A stretch of DNA of 64,000 nucleotides from a virus (lineage: Duplodnaviria > Caudoviricetes), in IMG/VR virus record IMGVR_UViG_3300032335_001269, positions 37,526 through 101,525 of that record; one strand, given 5' to 3'. Under the pieces are notes generated by a model. The model saw nothing but the letters and a program-made list of their open reading frames with translations. It did no database searches and had not been told where the DNA came from. Below are positions 52,989 through 62,240 of this stretch, in pieces (within the stretch, counting starts at the first letter, position 1; each line of letters starts with the position of its first letter). Both the position numbers and the translations under genes were made by a program.

Positions 52989-55900
52989 TTATTTATCTTG
53001 GAGTTTTTGCTCTAATACTTCAACTTTATGTGAAAGATCTTTAATTGCTTCAACAAGAAGTGGAACAATTCTCTGATAATCAACTGCCAAGTAACCATTA
53101 TCTCTAGTTGTAACTGCTTCAGGAAGAACTTCTAAAACTTCTTGTGCAATTACACCAACATCATTTCCTTCTTTTCCAGATTTCTCATTCCAAGAATAAG
53201 TATTACCACTGATTGAAAGAACTTTAGCAAGTGGATTTTCAATTAGTCGAATATTATCTTTCAGTCTTTGGTCAGAAGTATAATAAGCAATGATATCTTC
53301 TGTAACTCTCAACTCACCATTTACAGTTGTAATGTCACTACTATCATTACCAAGAGTTGAATTGCCATTGACACTTAAAGTGCTACTGACTGAAAGTGTT
53401 CCCGTTACACTGACATCATCGTCAAGAGTTGTAGTGCCGCCAGCAGAATCGATTGTCAAATTACCTGTAGAGGTATCAATCTCATTATCACCTGTGATTC
53501 CGATTTGAATGTTATCAATCGATGCACCGCCATTAGCATCTAGCAGACCTGTAACTGTTGCAATTCCAGTAATACTGACATTATCATCAATAGTTGTAGT
53601 ACCACCAGCAGAATCAATGGTCAGATTGCCGGTAGAAGTATCGATTTCATTATCGCCAGTGACACCAATTTGTACATTATCAATTGTTGCACCATTATTT
53701 GCATCAAGAAGACCAGTAACTGTTAATATTCCGCCGACATTTAAATTCTTTACAATTCCAACTCCACCAGAGACTGTAAGTGATCCGGTAGTTGTTGATG
53801 TAGATTGAGTTGTATTTGCAATTGAAACCGTTCCCGTATAAGTGGTATTTCCACCAACATAAAGATTTTCACCAATTCCAACTCCACCCTTAACAGTCAG
53901 AGCACCTTTTCCTACAGAATCTGAAGTTGCTGTATTAGTGATTCTAACCTGACCACTAAAGGTCACAGCATCTTTTGCTCTAATTTGCTTGTTGAATGTA
54001 ACTGGACCATCAAACTGGGAAAGGATTGTGCCAGAATCGCCACCTTCTACAAGGAGTCTTTCTTTAATGGTGACTTCATCATAAACAACACTAGATTTAG
54101 AAGGGTCTTCACCAGTTACTGTTGGAGTTGGAATATCATATGAAGTGATTTCACCAGAAGATGAAGATGTTTTGGTGTTTCCGCTGAAGAAATCACCACT
54201 ATTATTCATACCAGTATAAACAACAATACCACCAGACCTTTCTTGAGATTGCACTAGGAAGTCTTCTCTTTCAGTCAGGGACTTCAATTGAACTTGAGGA
54301 AGACCTGTGGAGTAGTTTCCAGGACCATATCCAAGATATTCAAATGTATGTCCAGAAGCACGAATAATAGACGGTCTGCGGAACTCAACGGGAAGTGGAT
54401 TAATTTTGCGAATCAAAGAACCGGCATCGTGACTTTCTTTTCTTGTTCCAAGAGAACCACGAATAACTGTAAATTGAGAGTTATTACTTGAAGAAGTAAT
54501 TCGCATTACCTCACTATCAACCTGAATGTAAGAACCCATTGGGAATCTTGCACCAGTGCCAATACCTGAAGTGATGGAAGAAACTTGAAGAGTTGTTGCA
54601 GCAGAATCGTCTGCAATTGCTGCAGTAAGTCTTACAATTTCATTTCCATAGAAAGAAATTTGACGGACACCAAAGTTTTCTTCTCTAACATCAGAGATTG
54701 CATCATTTGCAGACAGAGAGTGCTTTAAAACAAATCCATTTGCAACACTTAAAGATTTATTCGTTATTGCTGTAAATGTAGTAACACCCACTCTTTCTTT
54801 TACAGTGTAGTCTCCAACATTATTATTTGAAGAATCAATAATTCTAAACTTATTTCCTGCCAACAATCCGTGTGGAGTTGCTGTTGTAAATGTTGCAATT
54901 CCTGTTACAGAACTATAACTTGTTGTTGTAACTCTTGCGGATGGACCAACAACCACAACATATTGCCCAACAACAGGATTTGGGTCTCCTGCAGTTTTAG
55001 CAATGGAGATTTGAGTTGTAGAGTCAACTGCACTGATACGATGATAAGAATCTGCGGTTGTGCCAATACCAGTAACCTGAACTACATCACCAATGCTTGT
55101 AGAAATACCAGCAGTAGATAGGGTATATCTTGCATTACCATCGCCAGCACCAATTCTGGTGTTATCAAAGTAGAGTGCCTCTCCATTTGTATAAGCAGAA
55201 CCAGCAGAAATAATATCAACAGAAGTAACTTGACCTCCAGATACAACAACTTTTGCTGTTGCACCTTTCCAAGTTCCAACAAGTGGATTTGGGTTGGTAT
55301 TTAAGAGTTTTACATCATAATAAGTTCCATTATTATAGGATGCTCCTGCAGTAATGGCACCGAGAGTAATTGCACCAAATCCGTGTCTTCTACCAAATGT
55401 GAGTGTTGAACTCGTTGGTGTTGTGGATGTTGCAGTAATTGATTGACCAATTCTCAAAGATGTTGCAAATTTATCAACAGTTTCTCTGGTGATACTCTTC
55501 TTTAAATCACTGGTGTTTGTGTCACCAATTGGAGCACGAAGAGCAAATGTCTTTGCCGATGGGGGATTTGCCTCAACATTATCTCTATCCAACTGTGGAT
55601 AAAGGTCTACAGGACTCTGGGAATATTTAAGATTGATAAACTCTTCTGGAATTCCATTGCTTGCATTTAAAACATACAAGTGATAAATTCCATCCTGCTG
55701 CCCTTGAACATATGGAGAGATGACTTCATTTCTATAGATATAGAGATTCTGTTGAATATCATTTCTTTCAAAGCGAGGGAGATCTCTAACTTGGTCATCT
55801 GTAACTCTCAAGTCAATATTATTTGTGCTCGTTGCTCCAGGAATATGAACTCTTCCACTTAAGTCAGTTGTAGAATATGTAAATGACACATCATCTACAA

Positions 55901-58556
55901 CGGATGCAACACGGAAGCGGCCGTTGTATCCACGATTATCTGTGCCGGTTAGATTGCTACTATCAGTTACATTCTTAACAACAACAATATCACCAATATT
56001 CAAATCGTGAGGAAGTTCAGATAAGACTGTAACTGTTCCGGAACTTACAGAACAGGTTGTAATAAATCTTGGATTCTTGTTATACTCATAATCCGTGCTC
56101 GCAATACTAGTTCTTGTAAAGTCATTCGGACGAGCGCCAGTTGTGCTTGAATCCTGAATAATAAATCCTTCTTCAGGGTCTTTAGCGGCAGTCAGTTCTT
56201 TTGGAATAACTGCTCTAATCTTATAAACTCTCTCATCCAAACTTCTTTCATCAATAATTCTCTTAACATAAGTAAGATCAGTGGTCTCACTTAATCCAGC
56301 AACACCAAGCGCATTGATTTGATTATAAATTTCGTTTGCACTATTTACAGTAACATACCAGTTTCCTGCAGCAGAGTCAAATTGAATTGGTGATCCAATA
56401 TCACCTGCAATTTTATCAGAAACTCTACTATAAACCTTCAGTTGAGTTCCACCATAAAGAGTCAGTGCTTCATTGTTCAGAGCATTAGTGAATGATGTTG
56501 CAAGACGAATTTGAGTTGAGTTAACACGAATTGCATAATAAACAATGTGCGGAGTTACATTTTCTGGAAGATCTCCAGTTTCACTATTAATAATAATCTT
56601 CTCACCTGTTTGAATGGTGTGAGTTCCAAGAGTTAGAGTTGAAGAAGATACAATTGTTACTGAATATGTATGGAAGGAGCTCGTAACTCCATCCTGCATA
56701 TAAATGTTTGCAAAATATTCTGTCCCATTAATTTCGAGATATAATTTATCACTAACTCTTGCGCCAATTCGATATCCTTGAGTAACACTTACAGGAATAC
56801 TATCTGATGCATTTAATCCATAAAGATAAAGGTGGGTTGATACCCCAACAGAAGTTGTAAGACCAACATCGATTGATAGCCATTCAATATCTTCTTCTAC
56901 CGGATTAATATCTCTAGGTGTGATAATTGATGTAATGAAAGCATTATTATCTTTTGAAAATGCTGCTGCCTTATATCCGTCAGAGTTTAATGAAATTTGA
57001 CCAAAGTTGGAGTTTGAGTTGGTAATCGATGCATCACCACCAGATTCTAGGTCAAAGTGCTTGTTAAATCCAATTGCGAAAACTGATACGATTTGAATAA
57101 AAGCATCATTTGTCACTTTAATGTGACTCGTTTCCCATCCATTACGATAAATGGCATCTGGATCTAGGTGATAAACTTTTGTGGTATCCGTTTGTGAAGC
57201 ACCAGTCGGTAAATTTCCACCATAAACAGTACTATAAATTACCCCATTATAAGATCTTGTTTGTTTATCATACTTTACAAATGCACGGTCGTCTTTTTGA
57301 AGTGACACAGCGGTAAACTGTGCAACAACCATCGAACGGAATCCTGATGCTTTGCTACCATCAGCGTGCATTCCATTCATACCCCAAACCGATCTCAATG
57401 AGCAGTTAAAGATATAAGGAGATGCACCAGATACAGTATCAGTTTCAACTACAACTGTTGCGCCTGATGCGCTTGGAGCTGCAGGAAGAGTAATTGGGAA
57501 TGTTTCAAGTAAATATGTAAACTGGGTATCACTAATTACAGATTGCACCACTGAAGCAATATTATATTCTGGTGCAGAAACACCTCTGATTTTAATTGGA
57601 GTTCCTACATTTAGATTATGTGACTCTGAAGTTGTTACGGTAACTTGTGTACTTGCTGTAGTTCCATTTCCAGAAATAATTGAAGAAATATCGACTGGAT
57701 CTGATGCAAATGCACCAACAATCTGCCACTCTGGATTTCTCTTTGCAAAATCTTCAGTACTAGCAGGAAACTTTGCAGTTGATGGAATTGGACGATATGA
57801 ATTAAAAGCATTCGATAACTTGCTATAATACATATCAAGGTCAGTTAGACCATAAGTACCAACTTCATTGACACCATCAGCATACTCAAAACAAGTCAGT
57901 TTGTGGTGAGAGAATCTTGGAGTTGATTGATAGTTGCCTGTGAAGAATGTTGGGTGAGTGTAAACAAGACCAGAATCATCCCCATCAAAGAAAGAAAACT
58001 GCCAGAAGTAGCAAGCACCAGTAACTCTAAAAATTGCTGATTTGGCAACTAATGGATCTGTTGGATTAGGAACATACTTTGGTCTGACTTTTGTTTTTCT
58101 TAAGTCAAGACCTACGATAGAAGTTCCTCTAGGAACTACAACACCACCATTGACACTATTAAACTTATAGAGAATATTATCTTCTTGCGTTAAGTCAAAA
58201 TTAGAGTCTAGTTCTAATGATAGGACGCCTTGTGCAGGAGATCCAATTCCTCCCGTTGGAGGCACCGCATAGGCAGATCCACCATTATCATAAATTGCAA
58301 AACCAGGTCTATTATCAATTAAATGCTCACCTGGCCAAACTAAAATGGTTGTCTTTTCTACTAAATCATTATCCTTTCCATTCACAAAAGAAAATCTTGC
58401 CGCTTCTAACAGTGCTCTTTGTATAGTTTTGAATGGTTGGGCAAGAGAATTGCCCGAGTTAGTAATGGCATCCGTAGCGTCTAAATCATTAGGATTTACA
58501 TATAATGTGCGTCCTTCAACGTTTTTGATAAAATTTTCAAGTTTGTTGAGTGGCAT
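52989..58556 (-). CDS. Large tail fibre/baseplate-associated protein with C-terminal peptidase S74 chaperone domain
   Basis: MPLNKLENF..., PFKTIQRALLEAARFS; H.L..G FCCH-like repeats; SDQRLKDNI...GVIAQEV..VLPEAV...LAVDY.RIVPLLVEAIK. Confidence 0.9.
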   Translation of the reverse strand: MPLNKLENFIKNVEGRTLYVNPNDLDATDAITNSGNSLAQPFKTIQRALLEAARFSFVNGKDNDLVEKTTILVWPGEHLIDNRPGFAIYDNGGSAYAVPPTGGIGSPAQGVLSLELDSNFDLTQEDNILYKFNSVNGGVVVPRGTSIVGLDLRKTKVRPKYVPNPTDPLVAKSAIFRVTGACYFWQFSFFDGDDSGLVYTHPTFFTGNYQSTPRFSHHKLTCFEYADGVNEVGTYGLTDLDMYYSKLSNAFNSYRPIPSTAKFPASTEDFAKRNPEWQIVGAFASDPVDISSIISGNGTTASTQVTVTTSESHNLNVGTPIKIRGVSAPEYNIASVVQSVISDTQFTYLLETFPITLPAAPSASGATVVVETDTVSGASPYIFNCSLRSVWGMNGMHADGSKASGFRSMVVAQFTAVSLQKDDRAFVKYDKQTRSYNGVIYSTVYGGNLPTGASQTDTTKVYHLDPDAIYRNGWETSHIKVTNDAFIQIVSVFAIGFNKHFDLESGGDASITNSNSNFGQISLNSDGYKAAAFSKDNNAFITSIITPRDINPVEEDIEWLSIDVGLTTSVGVSTHLYLYGLNASDSIPVSVTQGYRIGARVSDKLYLEINGTEYFANIYMQDGVTSSFHTYSVTIVSSSTLTLGTHTIQTGEKIIINSETGDLPENVTPHIVYYAIRVNSTQIRLATSFTNALNNEALTLYGGTQLKVYSRVSDKIAGDIGSPIQFDSAAGNWYVTVNSANEIYNQINALGVAGLSETTDLTYVKRIIDERSLDERVYKIRAVIPKELTAAKDPEEGFIIQDSSTTGARPNDFTRTSIASTDYEYNKNPRFITTCSVSSGTVTVLSELPHDLNIGDIVVVKNVTDSSNLTGTDNRGYNGRFRVASVVDDVSFTYSTTDLSGRVHIPGATSTNNIDLRVTDDQVRDLPRFERNDIQQNLYIYRNEVISPYVQGQQDGIYHLYVLNASNGIPEEFINLKYSQSPVDLYPQLDRDNVEANPPSAKTFALRAPIGDTNTSDLKKSITRETVDKFATSLRIGQSITATSTTPTSSTLTFGRRHGFGAITLGAITAGASYNNGTYYDVKLLNTNPNPLVGTWKGATAKVVVSGGQVTSVDIISAGSAYTNGEALYFDNTRIGAGDGNARYTLSTAGISTSIGDVVQVTGIGTTADSYHRISAVDSTTQISIAKTAGDPNPVVGQYVVVVGPSARVTTTSYSSVTGIATFTTATPHGLLAGNKFRIIDSSNNNVGDYTVKERVGVTTFTAITNKSLSVANGFVLKHSLSANDAISDVREENFGVRQISFYGNEIVRLTAAIADDSAATTLQVSSITSGIGTGARFPMGSYIQVDSEVMRITSSSNNSQFTVIRGSLGTRKESHDAGSLIRKINPLPVEFRRPSIIRASGHTFEYLGYGPGNYSTGLPQVQLKSLTEREDFLVQSQERSGGIVVYTGMNNSGDFFSGNTKTSSSSGEITSYDIPTPTVTGEDPSKSSVVYDEVTIKERLLVEGGDSGTILSQFDGPVTFNKQIRAKDAVTFSGQVRITNTATSDSVGKGALTVKGGVGIGENLYVGGNTTYTGTVSIANTTQSTSTTTGSLTVSGGVGIVKNLNVGGILTVTGLLDANNGATIDNVQIGVTGDNEIDTSTGNLTIDSAGGTTTIDDNVSITGIATVTGLLDANGGASIDNIQIGITGDNEIDTSTGNLTIDSAGGTTTLDDDVSVTGTLSVSSTLSVNGNSTLGNDSSDITTVNGELRVTEDIIAYYTSDQRLKDNIRLIENPLAKVLSISGNTYSWNEKSGKEGNDVGVIAQEVLEVLPEAVTTRDNGYLAVDYQRIVPLLVEAIKDLSHKVEVLEQKLQDK

Positions 58557-58591
58557 TTTATTATAACTTCTAAAATATTTCTATGTTTTAT

Positions 58592-58900
58592 TTAGTTAGT
58601 GAGATCCTCCTCATTAAGACCATCTGGCAAGTCTTCTGGGTTTTCTAAATCAACATCAAAGAAGCAAGGATGCGCTTCCTCATCTATCAAATAGAAAGAA
58701 TTTAAGTATAAGTCTTCTGGTTCGTATGCTAGATATTTGTCTGCTTCTCTACAAAGATCCTGATCGTATAAATGACCTTCTGGCAATTCATCGAATGTAA
58801 ATGGAATCTCTGATATAAAATACATCAATACGATTTGGGATGCATTATTATACCAACAGTAAGCTTTGGTAATTCTGTACGACATAGGGTATTCTCCCAT
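58592..58900 (-). CDS. Conserved cyanophage hypothetical protein
   Basis: IVLMYFI..IPFTFDEL, YLIDEEAHP.F. Confidence 0.75.
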   Translation of the reverse strand: MGEYPMSYRITKAYCWYNNASQIVLMYFISEIPFTFDELPEGHLYDQDLCREADKYLAYEPEDLYLNSFYLIDEEAHPCFFDVDLENPEDLPDGLNEEDLTN

Positions 58901-58909
58901 ATCTTGTAT

Positions 58910-59380
58910 TTATTTTTTATTCTTACCCCTATAGGTGTCTGTTTGAGCGTGACAGTTGGGGCACAGGATACGAAGGTTTTCTAAACGATTATCGTGATGG
59001 TTGCCGTTTATGTGGTCTAATTCTATAGGTGCTGGTTTTCCATTCCATTCAGTTATGCCACAGCACTCACACTTATGTTGTTTGAGACCTTCTGCCAATA
59101 GACGATTTTTGAGTTTATATGATGGGTAAGAATGCTCTCTATCATCAACTAAAAGAGTTTCTATCGGTTTTTTATTCCACTCGTGAGTTTTCCCCTTTAA
59201 ATGACCTTGACCGGTCATATGTGAAGTATCTAGACCCATATTTTTTATTCTTTGTTTCATTACAGAATAGTTTCCACCAGCTTCTTTTAGACCAAGTTTA
59301 GATAAAACTTGTCTATAACTTAAAGAATTTTCTACTGCTTCAATAAACTGTTGGTCTGTATATGTTCTCGGTTTTCCCAT
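58910..59380 (-). CDS. HNH homing endonuclease adjacent to the tRNA cluster
   Basis: CECCG..EWNGK, ELDHINGNHHDNRLENLRILCPNCHAQT; late promoter at 59404-59411. Confidence 0.93.
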   Translation of the reverse strand: MGKPRTYTDQQFIEAVENSLSYRQVLSKLGLKEAGGNYSVMKQRIKNMGLDTSHMTGQGHLKGKTHEWNKKPIETLLVDDREHSYPSYKLKNRLLAEGLKQHKCECCGITEWNGKPAPIELDHINGNHHDNRLENLRILCPNCHAQTDTYRGKNKK

Positions 59381-59427
59381 TACGGTAAAGACATACTTAA
59401 TGTTATTTATATAACTTTACCTTTTAA

Positions 59428-59500
59428 TACCCGTGAGTGGATTCGAACCACCGCTTGGAACATTTTAAGTGTTCTGCCTCTTCCGCTGGGCTACACGGGC
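59428..59500 (-). tRNA. trnL: tRNA-Leu(UAA), short variable loop
   Basis: Acceptor GCCCGTG/CACGGGT-A; anticodon arm GAACA-CTTAAAA-TGTTC; T-arm GGTGG-TTCGAAT-CCACT. Confidence 0.88.
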
Positions 59501-59542
59501 GTGATGTATGACAATCATAGCAAGTCTTGCTTGGATTGTCAA

Positions 59543-59614
59543 TGGGTTATGTTGGATTTGAACCAACGACTAATCGGTTAAAATCCGAATACTCTACCGC
59601 TGAGTTAATAACCC
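59543..59614 (-). tRNA. trnK: tRNA-Lys(UUU)
   Basis: Acceptor GGGTTAT/ATAACCC-A; anticodon loop ATTTTAA; T-arm GTTGG-TTCAAAT-CCAAC. Confidence 0.88.
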
Positions 59615-59618
59615 AGAG

Positions 59619-59691
59619 TGCTCCTTGTCGGGATCGAACCGACCTTAGCCGAATTATGAGTTCGGAGCTTTCGCCAGAGAGCTAAAGGAGC
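59619..59691 (-). tRNA. tRNA with CAU anticodon (elongator Met or Ile2)
   Basis: Acceptor GCTCCTT/AAGGAGC-A; CCGAA-CTCATAA-TTCGG; lacks initiator features. Confidence 0.88.
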
Positions 59692-59715
59692 ATTCGCTAT
59701 TCGCGAATAGCGAAT
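59692..59715. repeat. Perfect 24-bp palindrome between tRNA genes
   Basis: ATTCGCTATTCG|CGAATAGCGAAT. Confidence 0.9.
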
Positions 59716-59720
59716 AGCAA

Positions 59721-59808
59721 TACGAGTGCCTGGATTCGAACCAGGTCAAAGCCGCTAATCTGGCGGAAAGAGTTTATAAGACTCCTCTGACTACCAAGTC
59801 TCACTCGC
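59721..59808 (-). tRNA. Atypical tRNA with UAU (Ile) anticodon and long variable arm
   Basis: Acceptor GCGAGTG/CACTCGT-A; GACT-TGGT-AGTC D-arm; GGAGT-CTTATAA-ACTCT; V-arm CCGC-CAGATTA-GCGG; CCTGG-TTCGAAT-CCAGG. Confidence 0.8.
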
Positions 59809-59849
59809 ATAAAGTCTCCAAACCACTTTATCAGATTTGGAGAGTCTTG

Positions 59850-60032
59850 TCAACAACCTTCTTCGTGATCCGTATATATTCGAATCAGGTCATCAACTTC
59901 TTCTATCACATTTGCTGGCACCATCACAACATCGCCAGTTTCACTTGAAATGATAAAGGATTCACCTGCCTCAACTTTATCTAGGTACTCTTCAAACTTG
60001 GTTTGAAGTTCTTCAACCGTGATTTTTTTCAT
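59850..60032 (-). CDS. Phd/YefM antitoxin-like protein
   Basis: MKKITVEELQTKFEEYLDKVEAGESFII......VVMVP matches the Phd/YefM N-terminal pattern. Confidence 0.7.
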   Translation of the reverse strand: MKKITVEELQTKFEEYLDKVEAGESFIISSETGDVVMVPANVIEEVDDLIRIYTDHEEGC

Positions 60033-60222
60033 AGATTGCAATGTCAGCGTACTCGATTTGTTCGGGGTCAAGATTACTGGTCACAACTTCCAGCACATTC
60101 ATAAATTCTTCGGTGGTTTCACAATTGACCTCTTTAGTGTTCCCATGATCACTCAAAAGAAGAAAGGACTTGCTGCAGACATCAATCACAATACCCTGTA
60201 CGGTTTCTTGTGCAGTGCTCAT
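60013..60222 (-). CDS. Conserved cyanophage hypothetical protein
   Basis: Own TTGACA-N17-TATACT promoter at 60249-60277. Confidence 0.7.
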   Translation of the reverse strand: MSTAQETVQGIVIDVCSKSFLLLSDHGNTKEVNCETTEEFMNVLEVVTSNLDPEQIEYADIAIYEKNHG

Positions 60223-60283
60223 TTGGTGGTCTTGTCGATTACCCCCATAGTATAGGGCATCTGGGGGCGGTTGTCAAGAGGGA

Positions 60284-61597
60284 TCAGAATCCCAAATTTT
60301 TACTGCGGACAAATTCAAGATCATAAGACGTATAGGATATTGGAAAATCTAATTTGTCAAATGGATTTTTATACGGATTAAAATATTCCCATTCCAATCC
60401 CCTCCAATATGGACCCCATTTTGTTGACAAGTAACCAACATTTACTTCATTAGAATATTCTAATTTATCTTTTAATAAAACATCCAATTTAATTGTTTGT
60501 GATCCAGAATTTTCATAATTACTATCTCCATGTAAATGTTTTATTTCTAAATGATCTGATTTAATATCCGCATTTAATAATCTCAAAAAATAATCACAAT
60601 CCTCAGCATAGGCAGGATAAAGATTTTCATCAAATAATCCACATTTTTGAACTACCCAATCTTTAATTAGAAATAAATCCCATTGAAATTCTTTACCTTT
60701 AATCACACCATATTGGTCATTTTTTGATCTTTCAACTAGTTCTTTAAGAAGTCCTGGTGTAAATGCAACATCATTATTTACTATTAACCAGTATGGTTCC
60801 ATCATATAAGATTTAATAATCAAATTCCATGCACCAGAACATCCTATATTTGCTGGAAGATGGCAGATTTTAATATTTTCAATAAATTTATGCGGTGTTT
60901 TAGAGAGCATTTCTAAATCATCATCAAGTTCTCCTCTCCCATTATTATTAATTACACATAATTCTTTAACTGGATAATCAATACTATCAACTAATCTTTG
61001 TAACCAATGAAACCCATTAACAATTGGAACTCCAATTACTGGAATCTGTTCAACACTATTTTTACTAACAATTCCCCAAAAATATAAGTCATGCGATTCT
61101 TGATTAACTTCAAAACTATAATCTTTGAAATATGAATTAAAATCTAAATTATCTATAAAATCATTCTCAGTCAAATTTTGATAATAATCCCATCCAATTC
61201 CCACTGTAAGTGGAGAATCCTGTGGGGTTGTTCTAGTTGTTCCATGTTCAGGTCTACCTTCAGTAGCACAAGTAAATAAAACTAATCCATCATTTTTACA
61301 TAATCGGATCATGTTTTGAAATGTTTCTAACCAATATGGATTATGTTCGAAACATTCTGCCGAACATACAACATCATAACTATTGTCGGGTGCATTATAA
61401 TTTTGCCCCCCACAAATAACATCAACTCCATTACCAGAAGATACATCTAATCCGATGTATCTACAATTATCAAAAAACTCTCTAATAGATCCATTGATAT
61501 TTAAACTTCCTACTTCTAGAACTTTATTATTATTAAAGTAATGCGGAAATTTATCTTTTATAGATTTAATGTATACTTTTTGCTCTAAATGTGCCAT
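60284..61597 (-). CDS. SAM-dependent methyltransferase / GT2 glycosyltransferase fusion
   Basis: VLEVGS.NING, ECFEH.P.W; C-terminal VINN, N.G.SGAWN, NNDV, FDENLYPAY.EDCDY. Confidence 0.85.
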   Translation of the reverse strand: MAHLEQKVYIKSIKDKFPHYFNNNKVLEVGSLNINGSIREFFDNCRYIGLDVSSGNGVDVICGGQNYNAPDNSYDVVCSAECFEHNPYWLETFQNMIRLCKNDGLVLFTCATEGRPEHGTTRTTPQDSPLTVGIGWDYYQNLTENDFIDNLDFNSYFKDYSFEVNQESHDLYFWGIVSKNSVEQIPVIGVPIVNGFHWLQRLVDSIDYPVKELCVINNNGRGELDDDLEMLSKTPHKFIENIKICHLPANIGCSGAWNLIIKSYMMEPYWLIVNNDVAFTPGLLKELVERSKNDQYGVIKGKEFQWDLFLIKDWVVQKCGLFDENLYPAYAEDCDYFLRLLNADIKSDHLEIKHLHGDSNYENSGSQTIKLDVLLKDKLEYSNEVNVGYLSTKWGPYWRGLEWEYFNPYKNPFDKLDFPISYTSYDLEFVRSKNLGF

Positions 61598-61598
61598 A

Positions 61599-62240
61599 CT
61601 AATTATGAGTCATTAAATACTTATCAATTTTTTTAATATCAAATATTTTATATACTTTTCGGTATTCATTTATTTCATTAATAAAAAATGCATCAGCATT
61701 GAAATCTCTACGATTAAATCCGACATCATATGCAATATCAGATCTAACAATGAAGGAACCAATATCACACCTATATCCAATAAAATCTGTATTTAATGTG
61801 GAATAAGTTCCAAATCCCTGATCATGAGAATGAACCATATTAAAATAAACTATTCCCGTATTATCATCTATTTGGCAAAATAATTGCTCAACAAATTTTG
61901 GGCAATAATAATTATCCGAATTGGTAATTAAAAAATACTTATAGTCTTTGTGAAATTTTTTAATTCCCCAATCTCTTAATGAATGCCCATAATCATTATA
62001 TCTAGATTCAGTATTATGAAGAAAAATATTATCAGTAATATATTTTTCTTCATATAAACTATTCTTTATTTCATTATTCCATTCCCCATCATGAATAATA
62101 TGAAGATCAAAATTTTGAAGGGTTTGTGATTTAAAAGAGTTTATAAGTGTCTTTAATGGATAATTTTGATTATAGGAAACAGAAATAATTCCCAAGTCTT
62201 TCATTTTGTAATATTCAATATATACAGACCACCTTTCCAA
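61599..62240 (-). CDS. Glycosyltransferase family 2
   Basis: SYNQ...SF.SQT, IIHDG, R..G, TNSDNYY. Confidence 0.8.
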   Translation of the reverse strand: MERWSVYIEYYKMKDLGIISVSYNQNYPLKTLINSFKSQTLQNFDLHIIHDGEWNNEIKNSLYEEKYITDNIFLHNTESRYNDYGHSLRDWGIKKFHKDYKYFLITNSDNYYCPKFVEQLFCQIDDNTGIVYFNMVHSHDQGFGTYSTLNTDFIGYRCDIGSFIVRSDIAYDVGFNRRDFNADAFFINEINEYRKVYKIFDIKKIDKYLMTHN

